Assembly: GCA_964016885.1 (NCBI GenBank)
Contig: OZ024745.1
Location: 42,842,001 to 42,906,000 of the forward strand
Source of the DNA: Eledone cirrhosa
Lineage: Eukaryota
DNA length: 64,000 bases
Direction of reading: 5' to 3'
Below, one piece after another: positions 37,121 through 51,921 of this stretch (position 1 is its first letter; every line of letters starts with the position of its first letter). A program made the position numbers and the translations under genes. The notes under the pieces were generated by a model. The model made no database searches, had not been told where the DNA came from, and was given only the letters and a program-made list of their open reading frames with translations.

Positions 37121-37914
37121 TTTAGCATGTTTAAAGCTACGAACTTATGTAGATGTTGTTTTTAAACAGAAGAGAAAAAGGAAAACAAAGCAAGGGAAGA
37201 TGGGCTCAGTTTAAAAATGAACTTATGTACAGACAAAATACACTTCAGATATATTCTGGTTTTGTTTTTTGCTTTTTCTTGAAGGAATTGATCCTATTTA
37301 TAATGCTCTACGGCTAAACTACCGGTTCATACCTGTATTGTGAGTTGAAACTCGCTGCAGATATTTCCTTGTTTTTCATGGAATATCGTTTTATTCCATT
37401 TCCTCTAACTCTCTGAAGTACAAGTAGATGTTGCCTCGTGAGGTTAGTTGATGGAATTACAAAGGCGTTATATCAGACACATGATAGTGAGGGAGAGCGC
37501 TAAAAGAGCCAGTTCAACTCACGGGGCTCATTCTTGTTGGTGGCAAACTTCGTCCTGGCCGCAGTAATTTGTGATGCACTAGCTTTGTATTACATTTTAT
37601 ATCAGATAAAGAGTCACTTGAATGCCAAGCTATCAATTGTGTCTTGGCCATAGATTATCTGCGACAGGTGCAAGCTTAAAGCTGGTGGGTTTTATATCTT
37701 GGTAGAGCTTTCCTTTACCGTTAGTAATATTTATTGTTGAATAGAAATATTACAATGACGAAAATATTTTTAAAGAAAGATTTAAATAATAAGCAGGATG
37801 AGAAACGAAAAAGAAAAAGAAGGGGAGAAAAATAAAATAATGAAAAAAGAGGAACGGGGAAGTATGGGGACAAAGTTTAAACGCTTGGCTGCTCAGTATA
37901 TCTCAACTGGGCCT

Positions 37915-38150
37915 CGCGGACAAGATGGTGGTAATAGCCACAGAGGACATCCAGTGACACCGGCTGCAGCAGCAATTCCACTTCACGAGGCTCCTTCGTC
38001 AGGTGATTTTCCCTCCTCCTGAAGACACGGTAGTTTTCTACGGTGAATGGCACGAAAAGGAAACAGACATTCAAGTCCTGGTATTTGGATATCTTCTGCT
38101 CCTCTGTGTTACAGGCGGTGGTGCCCGGGTTTGTGGCCGAAGCAACTATT
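37915..38150 (-). pseudogene. CRE-clade non-LTR retrotransposon endonuclease C-terminal remnant
   Basis: PGTTACNTEEQKISKYQDL..FLFVPFTVEN..TKEPREVELLLQPVSL matches the K..KY..L..F.P.A.ET / L.QR.S pattern. Confidence 0.6.
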
Positions 38151-38447
38151 TATTTATTTATTATTTATGAATCATCGACTAGCAACCATTCAAGAATTCA
38201 AGGAAAACATGAATTGTATCGATCTCACCCGTCTCGGTGTGTATGTGAAGGCAATAGGCACACACCCTTTCTCCATACCAAACCAATAAACATTTTAAGA
38301 AATAATAAAAAGAACCGTAAAACGATTTAGTTGACACAGTCTTCTTCAAAAATATTTGTGACACTGCCAAAATAGAAATCATTATTTATTAAAATGGCTT
38401 TTACGTTGGCATAAAGCCATTAATTTTGTAAGAGAAGTGCTACACGG

Positions 38448-38615
38448 CGTAGACGCAGCACGGCCAAATAGTTAAGAATTTTGCTTCGCAAGCATTGGTC
38501 CCGTATTCAATACCACTATGTAGTGTCTTGGACAAGTGTCATTTATCATAGCCTCGGGGGCGATCTTTGCCTTGTGAGGGAAATTGGGTTAATGGAAACA
38601 TTTTGGAAGTCTGTC
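38448..38615 (+). mobile_element. SINE family B (CORE-like)
   Basis: tRNA-like head, then gtcttggacaagtgtcattt and gccttgtgagggaaattggg. Confidence 0.65.
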
Positions 38616-39095
38616 AGTTTGACTTTACCTGCAATTATGGGATGAGAAGAATTCTCCTACGGTCAGGTGATTAACCTTGGTTCATGGCAGCTAGACGGAA
38701 ATTGAACTCAGATCACAAAGAATTAAAACAGTTACCACGAGGCATTTCATCTGGCGCTTTAACAATTCCTCTAATCCTACACAGATAGGTGGTTTACCAA
38801 TACCAAAATAATCCAAGTTAAATTTGACCTCGGCAAGATTTGAACTCATAGCAAAGAGAACACGAATGAAAACCGCAATGCATTATATCCAATGCTCTAT
38901 CGATTCTGCAAGTCCACCGCATTATTAATAATAAAAGGAATTGGGAGAGTGAAGTGGGGAAAAAGGAGATAGAAAACAATAAATGACTCTAGTATTTGTG
39001 ATTGAGTCCGAATGAGTAGAGAAGCGTAGTAAAACATATACGTGAATGATCATCTTTTGTAACGGTCAGTTTACAAAAGATGCAGTGAAGCGTTG

Positions 39096-39126
<31 letters not shown>

Positions 39127-39299
39127 ATTATGCTGGACTTTCCGAAGTCAGTGACGTGTTGGCGGAGACGAGAATCGGTGAACGATGATTAACAGACGGT
39201 GATTGAAGAATATCAAAAGAATTCGGCTTGCACTAAAACACGAAATGGCTTTTATTTCGGTCTGTTTTTTCTGGTTGCCGTTGTTTTTGTTGTTACTGT

Positions 39300-39625
39300 T
39301 GTTGGAGGCATTGAAGTTGGTGTTTGTGTTGGTGTCGTCGTTGTTGTTGTTGTTGCTGCTGCTCTATAGCGGTATTGTTTGTGGTGGTGGTGGTGGTGGT
39401 GGTGGTGGTGTATTGTTGTTGGTGGTGGTGGTGGTGGTGTGGAGATGTATTGGTAGTAGTGTATTATTGTTGTTGGTGGTGGTGTGGTGGAGATGTGTTG
39501 GTAGTGGTGTGTTGGTAGTGGTGTGTTATTGTTGTTGTTGTAGGTGGTGGTGTGGTGGTGTATTGGTAGTGGTGTATTCTTGTTGGTGGTGGTGGTGGTG
39601 TGGTGGAGATGTGTTGGTAGTGGTG

Positions 39626-39659
<34 letters not shown>

Positions 39660-40196
39660 GGTGGTGGTGGTGGTGGTGGTGGTGGTGTGTTGGTAGTGGT
39701 GTATTGTTGTTGTTGGTGATGGTGGTGGTGGTGGAGTGTTGGTAGTGGTGTATTGTTGTTGGTGGTGGTGGTGTGTTGGTAGTGGTGTATTGTTGTTGGT
39801 GGTGGTGGTGGTGGTGGTGGTGTGTTGGTAGTGGTGTATTGTTGTTATTGGTGATGGTGTGGTGGTGGTGTGTTGGTAGTGGTGTATTGTTGTTGTTGGT
39901 GGTGGTGGTGGTGGTGGTGGAGTGTTGGTAGTGGTGTATTGTTGGTGGTGGTGGTGGTGGTGGTGTGTTGGTAGTGGTGTATTGTTGTTATTGGTGATGG
40001 TGTGGTGGTGGTGTGTTGGTAGTGGTGTATTGTTGTTGTTGGTGGTGGTGGTGGTGGAGTGTTGGTAGTGGTGTATTGTTGGTGGTGGTGGTGGTGTGTT
40101 GGTAGTGGTGTATTGTTGTTGGTGGTGGTGGTGGTGGAGTGTTGGTAGTGGTGTATTGTTGGTGGTGGTGGTGGTGGTGGTGTGTTGGTAGTGGTG

Positions 40197-40228
<32 letters not shown>

Positions 40229-40660
40229 TGTTGGTAGTGGTGTATTGTTGTTGGTGGTGGTAGTGGCGGAGTGTTGGTAGTGGTGTATTGTTGTTGGTGG
40301 TGGTGGTGGTGGTGGTGGTGTGGTGGTGGAGATGTGTTGGTAGTAGCGTACTGTTGTTGTTGGTGGTGGTGGTGGTGGTGTGTTGTTGGTAGTGGTGTAT
40401 TGTTGTTGGTGGTGGTGGTGGTGATGTGGTGGTGGAGATGTGTTGGTAGTAGCGTATTGTTGTTGGTGGTGGTGGTGGTGGTGTTGGTGGTGGTGTGTTG
40501 TTGGTAGTGGTGCATTGTTGTTGACGGTGGAGGTGGTGATGTGGTGGTGGAGATGTGTTGGTAGTAGCGTATTGTTGTTGGTGGTGGTGGTGGTGTGTTG
40601 TTGGTAGTGGTGTATTGTTGTTGACGGTGGAGGTGGTGATGTGGTAATGCGGTGGTGGTT
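39300..40660. repeat. (GGT/GTT)-built compound minisatellite
   Basis: gtgttggtagtggtgtattgtt(gtt)n(ggt)n units. Confidence 0.92.
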
Positions 40661-40871
40661 TTGTTGCCTTGTCTTGATGTCTTCTAATATCCCAACAATC
40701 AATCGTTTTTAAGTTCTCAACAATTTGTTAAGTATCCGAAAACAGAGAATCACCTTCGTACGCGCGTTCGATTAACCTACGTTGGACTTTAGCGTTCCTG
40801 TCGTTCTTCTTTTTTCCTTTCTTTCTCCTTCTTTCTTCTTTCATTTTTATTTTGTTTCGTTGTATATATGT

Positions 40872-40916
<45 letters not shown>

Positions 40917-40990
40917 CTGTCTGTTTCATATACTTGTTATATATAAAGAAATATATGAATCATACACACATTCTATATATATATATACAC

Positions 40991-41021
<31 letters not shown>

Positions 41022-41023
41022 CA

Positions 41024-41092
<69 letters not shown>

Positions 41093-41293
41093 ACACAAAT
41101 ATATACTTATACACATATATATATACACATATATATATACATATATATATATATACATATTAATACATATATATATACACAAATATATACTTATACACAT
41201 ATATATATACACATATATATATACATATATATACACATATATACATATGTATAATCACATATATATACATATACATATATATATATAATCACA

Positions 41294-41335
<42 letters not shown>

Positions 41336-41476
41336 CACATATATAGAGATATATTTATTTATATATATATGCACACATACACACGCACACACACACACAT
41401 ATATATAAACATATGTATGCATATATACATACACGTCCCTCTATGTGTGTGTGTGGTTGTGTGTGTGTGTGTGTGT

Positions 41477-41606
<130 letters not shown>

Positions 41607-41871
41607 TGTGGTGTCTGGGGTATAGTGAATAGAATGAAGGGTAGAATAAAGGTGGGAGACAAGGGCAGACTGCGCTAATGGTTTGTGTTTTTAAGCGTAA
41701 GGATGTTCTAGATAAATGTTGTTTTGTGTTGTATTTATTTGATGATGTTGTCCTTTCTTCTTTTTTTTTTGTGATTGTTGTTCTTGTTCATTTTGCAGCC
41801 TTTCTTTTTCTTCTTTTTTATGTTTCTTTCTTTTCTATTGGAATCCCCGGATATTAGTCCCGTGGTCAGCA

Positions 41872-41884
41872 GTTGCCTGGCAAC
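41872..41884. promoter_or_regulatory. Candidate RFX X-box GTTGCC-T-GGCAAC
   Basis: Perfect palindrome in a non-repetitive CpG-containing island (41835-42000). ggaatcccc (NF-kB-like) about 30 bp upstream. Confidence 0.35.
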
Positions 41885-42083
41885 GGTCTTCGTATACACA
41901 TTTCTTCGAATTTTGTTACGCATCGCATACAGCAGAAGAGCAACGCGCCATTCTTGTGGAACCTAAACACTCGCAAAGTCTTCAACTAAGCATCATCTAG
42001 CATCGTATTCTTTTCTCTCTGTTTTGCTTTTTCTTCTTTTCTTCCTTTCGTTTTATTTCACCTCTTTCGCTTTCTTCACACAC

Positions 42084-42177
<94 letters not shown>

Positions 42178-42196
42178 TTATATGTATGTATGTATG

Positions 42197-42255
<59 letters not shown>

Positions 42256-42339
42256 ACACACAAATATAGATTCAGCGAGAATCGTATTTCGGCGGATAGG
42301 AAAGGCGAAACGAAACGCATATATATATATGTGTGTGTG

Positions 42340-42379
<40 letters not shown>

Positions 42380-42959
42380 TGTTCATTCATTTATCTATTT
42401 ATGTTTGTACTCGTATATTTATAATGTTTTTGTTGTTTGGGGGGGGGGGGGGGGGGGTAACGGAGTCTGCAGAAGTCGACGACGACGACATTGGATGACG
42501 GCTGTTGCAATGAATTGAAAGAACCACAAAATGGGAAATACAAAATTCTATGTCAAGAGAATTCACATTATCATTATTATTATTATCATTATTATTATTA
42601 CCATCATTTTTATTTTTTGTTTTGTTTGTTTATTATTTATTAACTGCACTGTTCTTTTTATTGTTGCTTTTGGGGATGGGGTTCTTTGGGGGGGGGGTGT
42701 ATTTTATTTCTATTTTAAAAAGAACTTTTTACTGAAAAAATATTAGCTGTTTCAATAGAAGAAGAAAAAAATATATGATTGCAGACAAAAAAAATATGTC
42801 GAACGGAAATGGTTAAGAAATTCTTTAAAACAAACAACATAAATATATATTTTGTCCTTTCTTTTCTTCTTTTTTTTAAATAGAGATGTTGACATGTTAA
42901 CAATCATGCAGATTTCTTTAAGTCGCTTTGAAGTGATATCCATCAATTTTTCACTACTC

Positions 42960-43046
<87 letters not shown>

Positions 43047-44129
43047 CTCTCTCTCGTCTCTTTCAACTTTCTCTCAACCTCATTTTTTAGCATTTTATTT
43101 ATTTATTTATCTATTATCATCATCATCATCATCATCATCATTATTATTATATTTGTTTGTCTCTCTATCAACGAAGCGATAATTTTCGATTTTTTTTTTT
43201 TTTTTTTCTCGTTCTCGAAATCATTCCTTTAAATTTCGTTTCTTATATCTATTAATATTCAATGAAAAATATAGCTACTTATTTTTATTCGTGTTTCTTT
43301 TGGTCTGTATGTTATTTTTTTTTCATGTTGTTTTGGCCTTGTGCCAATGGAAGAAAATACAACTATTATTATAGTTTTCGTTTATTATTCAATGACGATA
43401 ATACCTATAGCGGTTGTTACTGCTGCTGCTGTTCTACCCTCAGCTCAATATGCCTCGTTTTCAAAACGCAGCTTTAAAACTATCATCGTTAAGCATTGTG
43501 GATAATTTTCTCGGAATTTGACAATGTGACACGCATAAATAACTGCCATTTATGTATATAAGTAGATATGTGTATGCAAATATATATATATATATATATA
43601 TATATTCACACATATGTACATACACACACATAAGTATGTATGTACGTATGTATGTATGTACGTACGTACGTATGTATGTACGTATGTATGTATGTATGTA
43701 TGTGTATTTTATATGCATGTGTGCGTATTTATGTGAAGCATCGTAATTTTGTAGCCATGTTTTACAAAAAGGAAGCATGAAATCAAAAGAGTATGCTATA
43801 AGTATTGCTTTCAGATAACGCAGTAAAAATGTTTTGAAGATGTATTTTAAAATAGTTAATTTAAAAATTAATGTTTTGTGCATTATGAATGCTTTACCTA
43901 GAAAATCTTAGATCATTAGCAGAATGATAATTATCGTTACAATCAAAGCAATAGTGTCTCTATAAATGTATCCATCTGGTGTTTGGGGTAATCATCTTAA
44001 TATTTAATATAATGATGCGTGTAATTAATTACTTGATTGAAACATTTCGAATATATTTTAGCGACCTCTTATAGCATATTATATATGATTAGCAGCAGAT
44101 ATTTTATCTATATCGATTTGTCTTTCGAA

Positions 44130-44400
44130 TGTGCGAGGCTTAGTGGTTAGTGTGCTTGGTTCACGATAGTTAAGTCGTGAGTTCGGCTCCTGGTGACGTG
44201 TTGTGTCCTTCAGTAAAACACTTTATTTCATCTTGCTCCAGTTCCCTCAGCTGGCAAAAAATAGTTTCATCTGTGGTTCAATGGACCAGCCTTATCACAT
44301 ATCACACATTGTGTCATGCTGAATCTCCCCTAGAATTACGTTGAGGGTGCACGTGTCTGTGGAATGTTCAACCACTTTCTCGTTAATTTCACGAGATGGC
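44130..44400 (+). mobile_element. tRNA-derived CORE-like SINE
   Basis: aggcttagtgg A-box, gagttcggctcc B-box, gttgtgtccttcagtaaaacacttt core. Related minus-strand piece ~50270-50430. Confidence 0.7.
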
Positions 44401-45164
44401 TGTTCTGATGATGGGAGGTTCAACAGAACAATTTGTATTTCAACGAATAAAAGCAGGACGACCCGAGTGTTTAGGGAGCTACTCGTAAGATAAAACAAGT
44501 TATTCATATATTAGACAGTCTTCTAATGTGTCGTCAGCTCAAATATATTATATATCTGGGAAGGAAATGTAATTCTATATCGCCTTGGTGTAGATTTACA
44601 TGATTTTCTTCTGGGAAAATTACCTTGGATGGTCTAACGATCTGGTAAGGAGGAATATGTATATTTCATATGATTAAGACTACATAATTGGAAATTGGTT
44701 CTTCAAGTGTTCCGATAATATCATGAACAGAACTACCTACTAATTGTGTTATAGTGTAAGTGGCTGAGTATTCACTCACAAGACATGGATCGACCCGAGA
44801 CTATGGTAAATGGCACTTTCCAAAGATTACACACTGTAGGATCGAACCTTGGATTGCGTCAACACTTATTGGGCTAAATGTAAAATCACAGGACTGTAAT
44901 ATAGTCAAATTCAAAATAATTAGCAGCAACGTTGGTAACATATTAAATATAAGAAGTCCACCATCAATTGCAGTTGATTTGAAGTTATTAAAACAAATGG
45001 ATGGATGGAAGTCCATGATGGAGTCATAGGAGTGCCATCTTGACTTGGGTACTTTAAACCTAGAGGAGCCTATCCCCTCACCAAATCAGAACAGCTGATT
45101 TCTTCCAGAGAAGGCGAGAGAGTGATCGATAGAAAGTGAGGAAGAGATATAGAGGAAGAATCCA

Positions 45165-45305
45165 TTGCTGGACTGATACTTTATTTATCGACCTAGAAAA
45201 GATGAAAAGCAAAGTTGACGGGATTTGAACTCAGGGTGAAGAAGGCCCGAATGAATACCGAATAGCATTCTATCGGATATTCTAACGACCCTACCAATTC
45301 GCCGT
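45165..45305 (-). mobile_element. SINE family A, diverged
   Basis: actgatactttatttatcgacc..gatgaaaagcaaagttgac..gatttgaactcag. Confidence 0.75.
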
Positions 45306-45399
45306 ACCATGGCACATGAAAAAATGTTATTGCTCTATTATTACTAAAAGAACAAACTTAAGGCATAATTAAAAATCAGTTTTCCTTGATTTTGAACAA

Positions 45400-45681
45400 C
45401 TCATTTGATGGTTCTGTGAAAAGCTCCAATGCATATGTGTTAGATATAAGAAAAGACTAAATGAAATTGTATCCATTTTTAAGGTTAATTCCTGTTCCAA
45501 AAATTACTACTGAAAAAAGTTGTGAAAAAGCTCTTTCGATGTCGGCATTAATATAGCCAAAGTTGTTTTGCTATTGCAACAGATGCAGCCTCAAATCTTT
45601 ATGGCATCCATATTCTCTCTATACGTTAACTAGATTAGATGATCCAAACTTGATTCTCATAAAATGCATTTGCTGCTCTCG

Positions 45682-45716
<35 letters not shown>

Positions 45717-45791
45717 CATTTAGCATGATCCGATGTTGATGAAGAATTACTTTCTAACATTGACTATTAGTTAAAGAGAAACTTACAACTG
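45400..45791 (+). pseudogene. hAT-family transposase remnant
   Basis: TDAASNLYG / SLYTLTRLDDPNLILIKCICCS[(CT)n]LHLA*SDVDEELLSNIDY / RETYNW, matching the DGAS..G and CxCHSLHL motifs. Confidence 0.7.
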
Positions 45792-46010
45792 AAGATCGCA
45801 AGCTGTTGAAGTATCGACCAATTTCCGATAGGTTTATTATCGAACCTTTAGCGGCGGAGACTTCTAGTGTTTTTGGTCCACATACCACCGCCTTAGTCAC
45901 TGCTATCGGGGCAGAGTTGGCCATCTGCAGCAGTGAGTGCGTGTGTTGTAATGGCTATTTCAACGCATCTCCCTCACTATCCTCCGATGCAACGGTTTCT
46001 CCATTCTGTT
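45790..46010 (+). pseudogene. CRE-clade endonuclease C-terminal remnant
   Basis: EDRKLLKYRPISDRFIIEPLAAETSSVFG.. / WLFQRISLTILRCNGFSIL. Confidence 0.7.
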
Positions 46011-47041
46011 CGCTGGGACCAAGAGGCAGCTTGTGTCTGGGGTTCTACGCGCCAGAGAGCTTTCTCCTACACTGTCTGGTCTCATATCAGTGAGGTCCCA
46101 ATAGGTTATTGGTTGTTGTAGTCTCAGTGAATAATATAAAAACTATTGATTTTAAACACCAGACCTCATGATTGTGAAACGAACTCTTAACATGCCTACA
46201 CCCACATAAAAATAACAACTTACCACAATGTACATGAGTACATATATGTGCCATAGTGATATATACACTGTGCAGCTAAGACCTGCGGAGTTTTTCTTGC
46301 TGATACAATATCTACATTTGTTAAGATAGCAGGGAATAGATTCCAGAGTATTTTACTATTTCTTGCAGGTCAATCGACCATGTACAAGCAGCTCTTTCAG
46401 TAGTGGATAAGTGAAGAACATAATTGACAATGATTAAATTGTGATCAGATTTTTGAAGTTGATATGCTACCGCCTTCCTTCCACTGGTCTTAGGTAAGTC
46501 ATTTATCCAATAACCGTTTCTATGGTTACTGTTCGTTTTTAAATAGCCATCGAATTAACGTAAAAATCGTATTCTGAAATCAATACTTGCCCAGACCAAG
46601 ATAGTCTCCCCAACTGAAATATTAAACCCCTCTAATGACGTCTGAACTCCCAATTTCTGTTAGAATGATGAGTACCAGCATTATGAGATCCAACGAAACG
46701 GTAAAATAAATAATAAACTATTGAATTGTTTCTTTATTTTTCATATTTTCTTTTATATTTTTAAATTCTTTTGATGTTTTCCCGTTCCTTGATCTATTTT
46801 GATGTTTACAAGCTTGTTAATCGACGGAATCTTTTCAACATTATTTAATCGTGACGCTTCTCTGCAACACCAAAACAAAATGTATTCTTCTCTACATTCA
46901 CTTCATTTTTAGCTAGTGTATAATCTTTGCTAGTCATTTCCAGTCTATTTTGCACAACTCCTGTATAAAAAATACGAAGCCAAACCTTGTCTACAGAGAT
47001 GTTATATATATTGGTGACAAATTACCTTATGTAGGATATTG

Positions 47042-47108
<67 letters not shown>

Positions 47109-47472
47109 AATATAATTTCAGCGAGATCGAATTTCGGCAGTGGTCGAAAACAAAGCGAACGCAATTTCCTAGATATGCGGCAAGCGCTACATGGACTAAA
47201 AAAATACCAGAGCAATAAACATAGGTTATAGAGGCCAAACAAACTGAGAATGGTGGTCAAGAAGCCATCAGCCACCTAAGCCAAAAAAACGAAGCAAGCT
47301 AAACAGGTCAAACAAAAGAATATTTACCTGGACCCCTGGAATTGATTGTATAATCCAAAACCACACGTGTATTACCCTGCAAGGGAGGTAACCCCAGTTT
47401 TTGGCGGTGAATTCAGCATGTGTAAAATTAATGCAAGAATTGCAAAAACTGCACAAATCGAATTAAGCTCTC

Positions 47473-47596
<124 letters not shown>

Positions 47597-47689
47597 TAAG
47601 CCTCCCTCATTCCCAATTTTATACTTTTCCTTTTTAATTAAGGACTATCGTCCGAAACGTAAAATAGTTTCATTTATTTCGTTAGTATA

Positions 47690-48450
47690 TCATCAAATCT
47701 CTATTAAGATTAGAAGAAAACATTTATCTTTGATGGAAAATTGTACAGACAAACAAAAGGAACGGCTATTGGCACAAAAGTATCGCCTTCCTATGCTAAT
47801 CCTGTAGTGGAATTCTTCGAAGAACTGTATGACAGAAAAGAAACGACATTTGGTCAAAGTTTTAAAGAATATGTTAACGAACAATGGAAATGCTTTTTCG
47901 GTAACTGCTTTGTTTTTGTTGAACAAACCAAAAGGCGAACTACAAACATTTCACATTTAAACGCTCTCCGCCCATCCATAAATTCACAGCAGAAACCAAT
48001 GAGAAAGAACTACCATATTTGGACATACTCATAAAACCATCTAACAACAAATTTACAAAAATTCATATACACAATTGAACTTTTATTCATGCTATACCTC
48101 ACACACTAAACTGAATATTCTATACTGCATGGCAAGACGAATATGTGTGATAGAGATGGATCCAGAATTTATGGAAAATTCGTTTTGATGAACTGAGAGA
48201 GTTTCTTAAACAACAAAAATATCCCTTGAATTTAATAGATGGGCGGAATTTAAAAGGCAAAGGAACTGGATATATCTAAACTTAGGTCTCCGAGACAAAA
48301 AAGTTGAGGAAGTTATTCTGTTTGCTAACATTTATGACCAAAGAGTACCAAAGCTATTTCCCATCATTAAGGCAAGCCTGCCAATTCTATTCCAAAGCTC
48401 AGAAATTAAAGATCTAATGAAAGAAACCTCAATTATCAACAGCAAACGCT
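47690..48450 (+). pseudogene. Penelope-like element reverse transcriptase remnant
   Basis: YRQTKGTAIGTKVSPSYAN, LNALRPSI, SCYTSHTKLNILYCMARRIC, with many frameshifts. Hammerhead half ggac-tatc-gtcc-GAAAcgTA at 47642-47661. Confidence 0.85.
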
Positions 48451-48802
48451 AAATCAAAGAGCAAAAAAAAAAAATCAATTCGCAAGGGCAATATTTTATG
48501 TCAGAAAATAATTTCAAATTTTCCATTAAAACTTTTATTAACAGCCGATATATTAAAACACATGGGGCCTTAAATATTCAGTGTTTCCAGAAGAACTTTT
48601 CAGTCACCAGGCGAGATAGAATTGAACACAAAGAAATCCTCCCAAGGACCAATACCGCCAACATAGAATCTACACAATACAGGCATCAAGTGTCATGGTT
48701 CAGATATATAGTGTGCATGTCTAAGTGTATCTGCCATGTAGGATAGCTTATGTTCAGCTATACCATGGTCGTCGTAAGTCCACTGCCTTACACCATAATA
48801 AT

Positions 48803-48969
48803 TGTTTCTACTTTTTGCCCAGTGCATTACTGGTACTTTATTTTATCGACCCCGTAAGGATGAAAGGCAAAGTTAACATCGGCAGGATTTGAACTCAGAA
48901 TGGCAAGGGCCGTAACTCTATGCGTCAAAGCATGGTGTCCGACCCTCTACCGATACTGCCAATCCTCCA
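48803..48969 (-). mobile_element. SINE family A with 18-bp target-site duplication
   Basis: gccttacaccataataat at 48785-48802 and 48970-48987. Confidence 0.9.
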
Positions 48970-49014
48970 GCCTTACACCATAATAATGTTTCTAACATAG
49001 ACAAGAGTAAGAAG

Positions 49015-49425
49015 CTTGGAAGAATTGTATCGACCTCAGTCTAAGACTGGTACTTTACTTTATCGACTCGGGAAGGATGTATGTTGACTTCGGCGGAATT
49101 TGAACTCAGAACATAAACAGCGAGAGCAAAGTCACTTTGTTCCACATTTGAACCGTTTCTTGCCATTATTATTTGTTTTTTTTTTGTTCTGGTTCTTCGC
49201 GTTCAAAATCCCGCCGGGGTCAACTTTGCTTTTCATCCTTCTGGAGTCGATATAATCGACTCTCCCCTCTTCCCTCAAATTGTTGGCCTTGTGCTCTTGC
49301 TAGAAAAAAATATTATTATCATCATTAACCTTAAAATATAGTCCCAGTAACGCACTGGGGTCGATTTAATCGACTTTTTCGTCCAAATTGTTAGCCTTGT
49401 GCCTAAATCAGAAAGCCAATATTAA
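49015..49425. mobile_element. Cluster of three SINE family A fragments in both orientations
   Basis: Cores at ~49045-49110 (-) and ~49200-49320 (+), tail at ~49340-49425 (+). Confidence 0.75.
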
Positions 49426-50025
49426 AGACATGAGAACAAACAAGAACAAAAAAAAACAAGAATAATTTTATTTCCCTTCCACTATTCTAACAGCGATACT
49501 TATTTTAAAGCAATCTTCCATTTTCATAAGGAGTGACAGAAAAATCACCTTCACTAACTTAACGAGTTGTCTCTTATTCTTTGTTATTGTTGTTGTTATT
49601 CTTGTTGTTATTCTTGTTGTTGTTGTTGATCACGTGGCAGTTTATTGAAGTAAATATCATTTTGGAAACATTTTTTTTTTCTTTAACTTATCATCTAAAT
49701 ATTTCTATTCACACTTAAAATCATTTTTAAAGAAATATTTCTATACTTTAAAAAAGGTAAAAGATAAAACGAAAAGAAGAGAGATGGTATTTTTTTTCTG
49801 CTTTTTACTTTTTGTTTCCTTTTTGTTGTTGTTTCTAATTTTCCTATACAGAAATTGTTCACTCACACTTATCTCGTTTTTCTTTATTTTTCTTTCTGAA
49901 TTATAATTTTCGATTTTAAATAATTCGTTTTGGTTGAAGGCATACATATGTGTATGTGTGTACACATATATACATACACATACATATATGTATATATATC
50001 CTCACATATATAAATATTTATATAA

Positions 50026-50092
<67 letters not shown>

Positions 50093-50514
50093 TCTTTATA
50101 TAAGTGTCTATATATACATATATATATATATACACGCACATATATATGTGTGTGTGTATACACGCACACACATATATATATATATATATACACACACACA
50201 TATTTAAACATACATATATGTATATAAATATTTATACATGAGTAAAAAACGTAAATGGTTCTGCATCGGTTTCGGCGATGAGTATGCAGGCTGTTTGATT
50301 AACTGAACTGCCTACTCGTTGAATTACCATGTTAATGGCTGAGTATTCCACAAATATAAAAGCACTTTACGAAATTACAAGACAGAATCAGCGTGACACG
50401 ATGTGTGACAAGGCTGGCCCTTTGAAATACGGTCTCTCCAGACAGTTTCTGTCTACCCAATCTCACTACACCACTTGGATCAGTCCGAAGCTATTTTAAG
50501 GGGTACTTTCTGTA

Positions 50515-50673
<159 letters not shown>

Positions 50674-50713
50674 ACAAGATCAGATTATATATATATATTT
50701 ATTACAAGAACAG

Positions 50714-50754
<41 letters not shown>

Positions 50755-50878
50755 GCACACACAAACACACACACAAACACACATATGTTCTTACGGCTCA
50801 CAGAATATAAGAAACTTTTGCAAGCGTGCGTGTTGTTTATGAGTGCCTGTACACACAACCACATATACATATAAAAGC

Positions 50879-50931
<53 letters not shown>

Positions 50932-51491
50932 TGAAGTGTGTATTCTTTTTTTTTTTTTACACTTTATAGATACATAGCATCTAACTCTTCATTATTGCTG
51001 TGGTTGCTGATGTTTTATGTTTTACCATATTTGACGTCCTGTCTTGTCATTTTTTTATGTATTTTGTTTGTATGGGGCGGGTTCTCTATGTTTGTATGTT
51101 ATTCGTTTTGTTTTGTTTTTGATTTTTGTTTTTCTTTTTGTCTACTATGACAAATCCCTTATCTCTCTATACGTCGTCAACATCTACTGGAATGTTCTAC
51201 TTTTATTCCACCTCTATCGCTATTTTTCTATTTCTATCGGTACATCTGCCAATGTTCAATATTGACGCTTGCAAATAACTGACATTTTAGACTATTTTAC
51301 AATATTTTCTTCTTCCTTCAATCATTTTCCGCACCCCTTCACACCTCCCTTTTATTCTCCTTCCAAATCATTCTACAAATGTCTTCCATTTTCCTTTTTG
51401 CTGTTGCTTTTGCTTTGCTTTCTTTCATTTTTTCTTTTCAAATTTACTTCTATTCGATCTTTCTCTACTCTCCCTCTTTTTCTCTCTCACA

Positions 51492-51567
<76 letters not shown>

Positions 51568-51672
51568 CACAAACACACACACGCACACACAGCTTCTCTC
51601 TCTCTCACACATTCACTCGCTATCTCTCGATCTCTCGCTCGCTATCTCTCACACACACACATCCCCACCCCC

Positions 51673-51720
<48 letters not shown>

Positions 51721-51921
51721 TCGTTCACTCTCTCACTCTCACCTTCTTTCACGTTCTCTATCTATCTATCTAGTCAATCTTCATCTTTCTCCATTCTGTC
51801 TCCATTCTGTTTCCCTTGTATTGGTTAGAGTTCTTTGTTTCGTATATTAAATAATTTCACCTTTACCCTGTTTTTTTTCTGTGTTTTTACCCAAATTTCC
51901 CGTTTCCTTGTATATCGAACT

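Noticed and set aside
47115-47275. Hammerhead with very long stem II on minus (ggtgg-CTGATGG...GAAA-ttcga-TC-tcgct); similar ends at 13612 and 42270
   Set aside because: Core deviates from CUGANGA and stem I relies on G-U pairs. Too weak without a family consensus.
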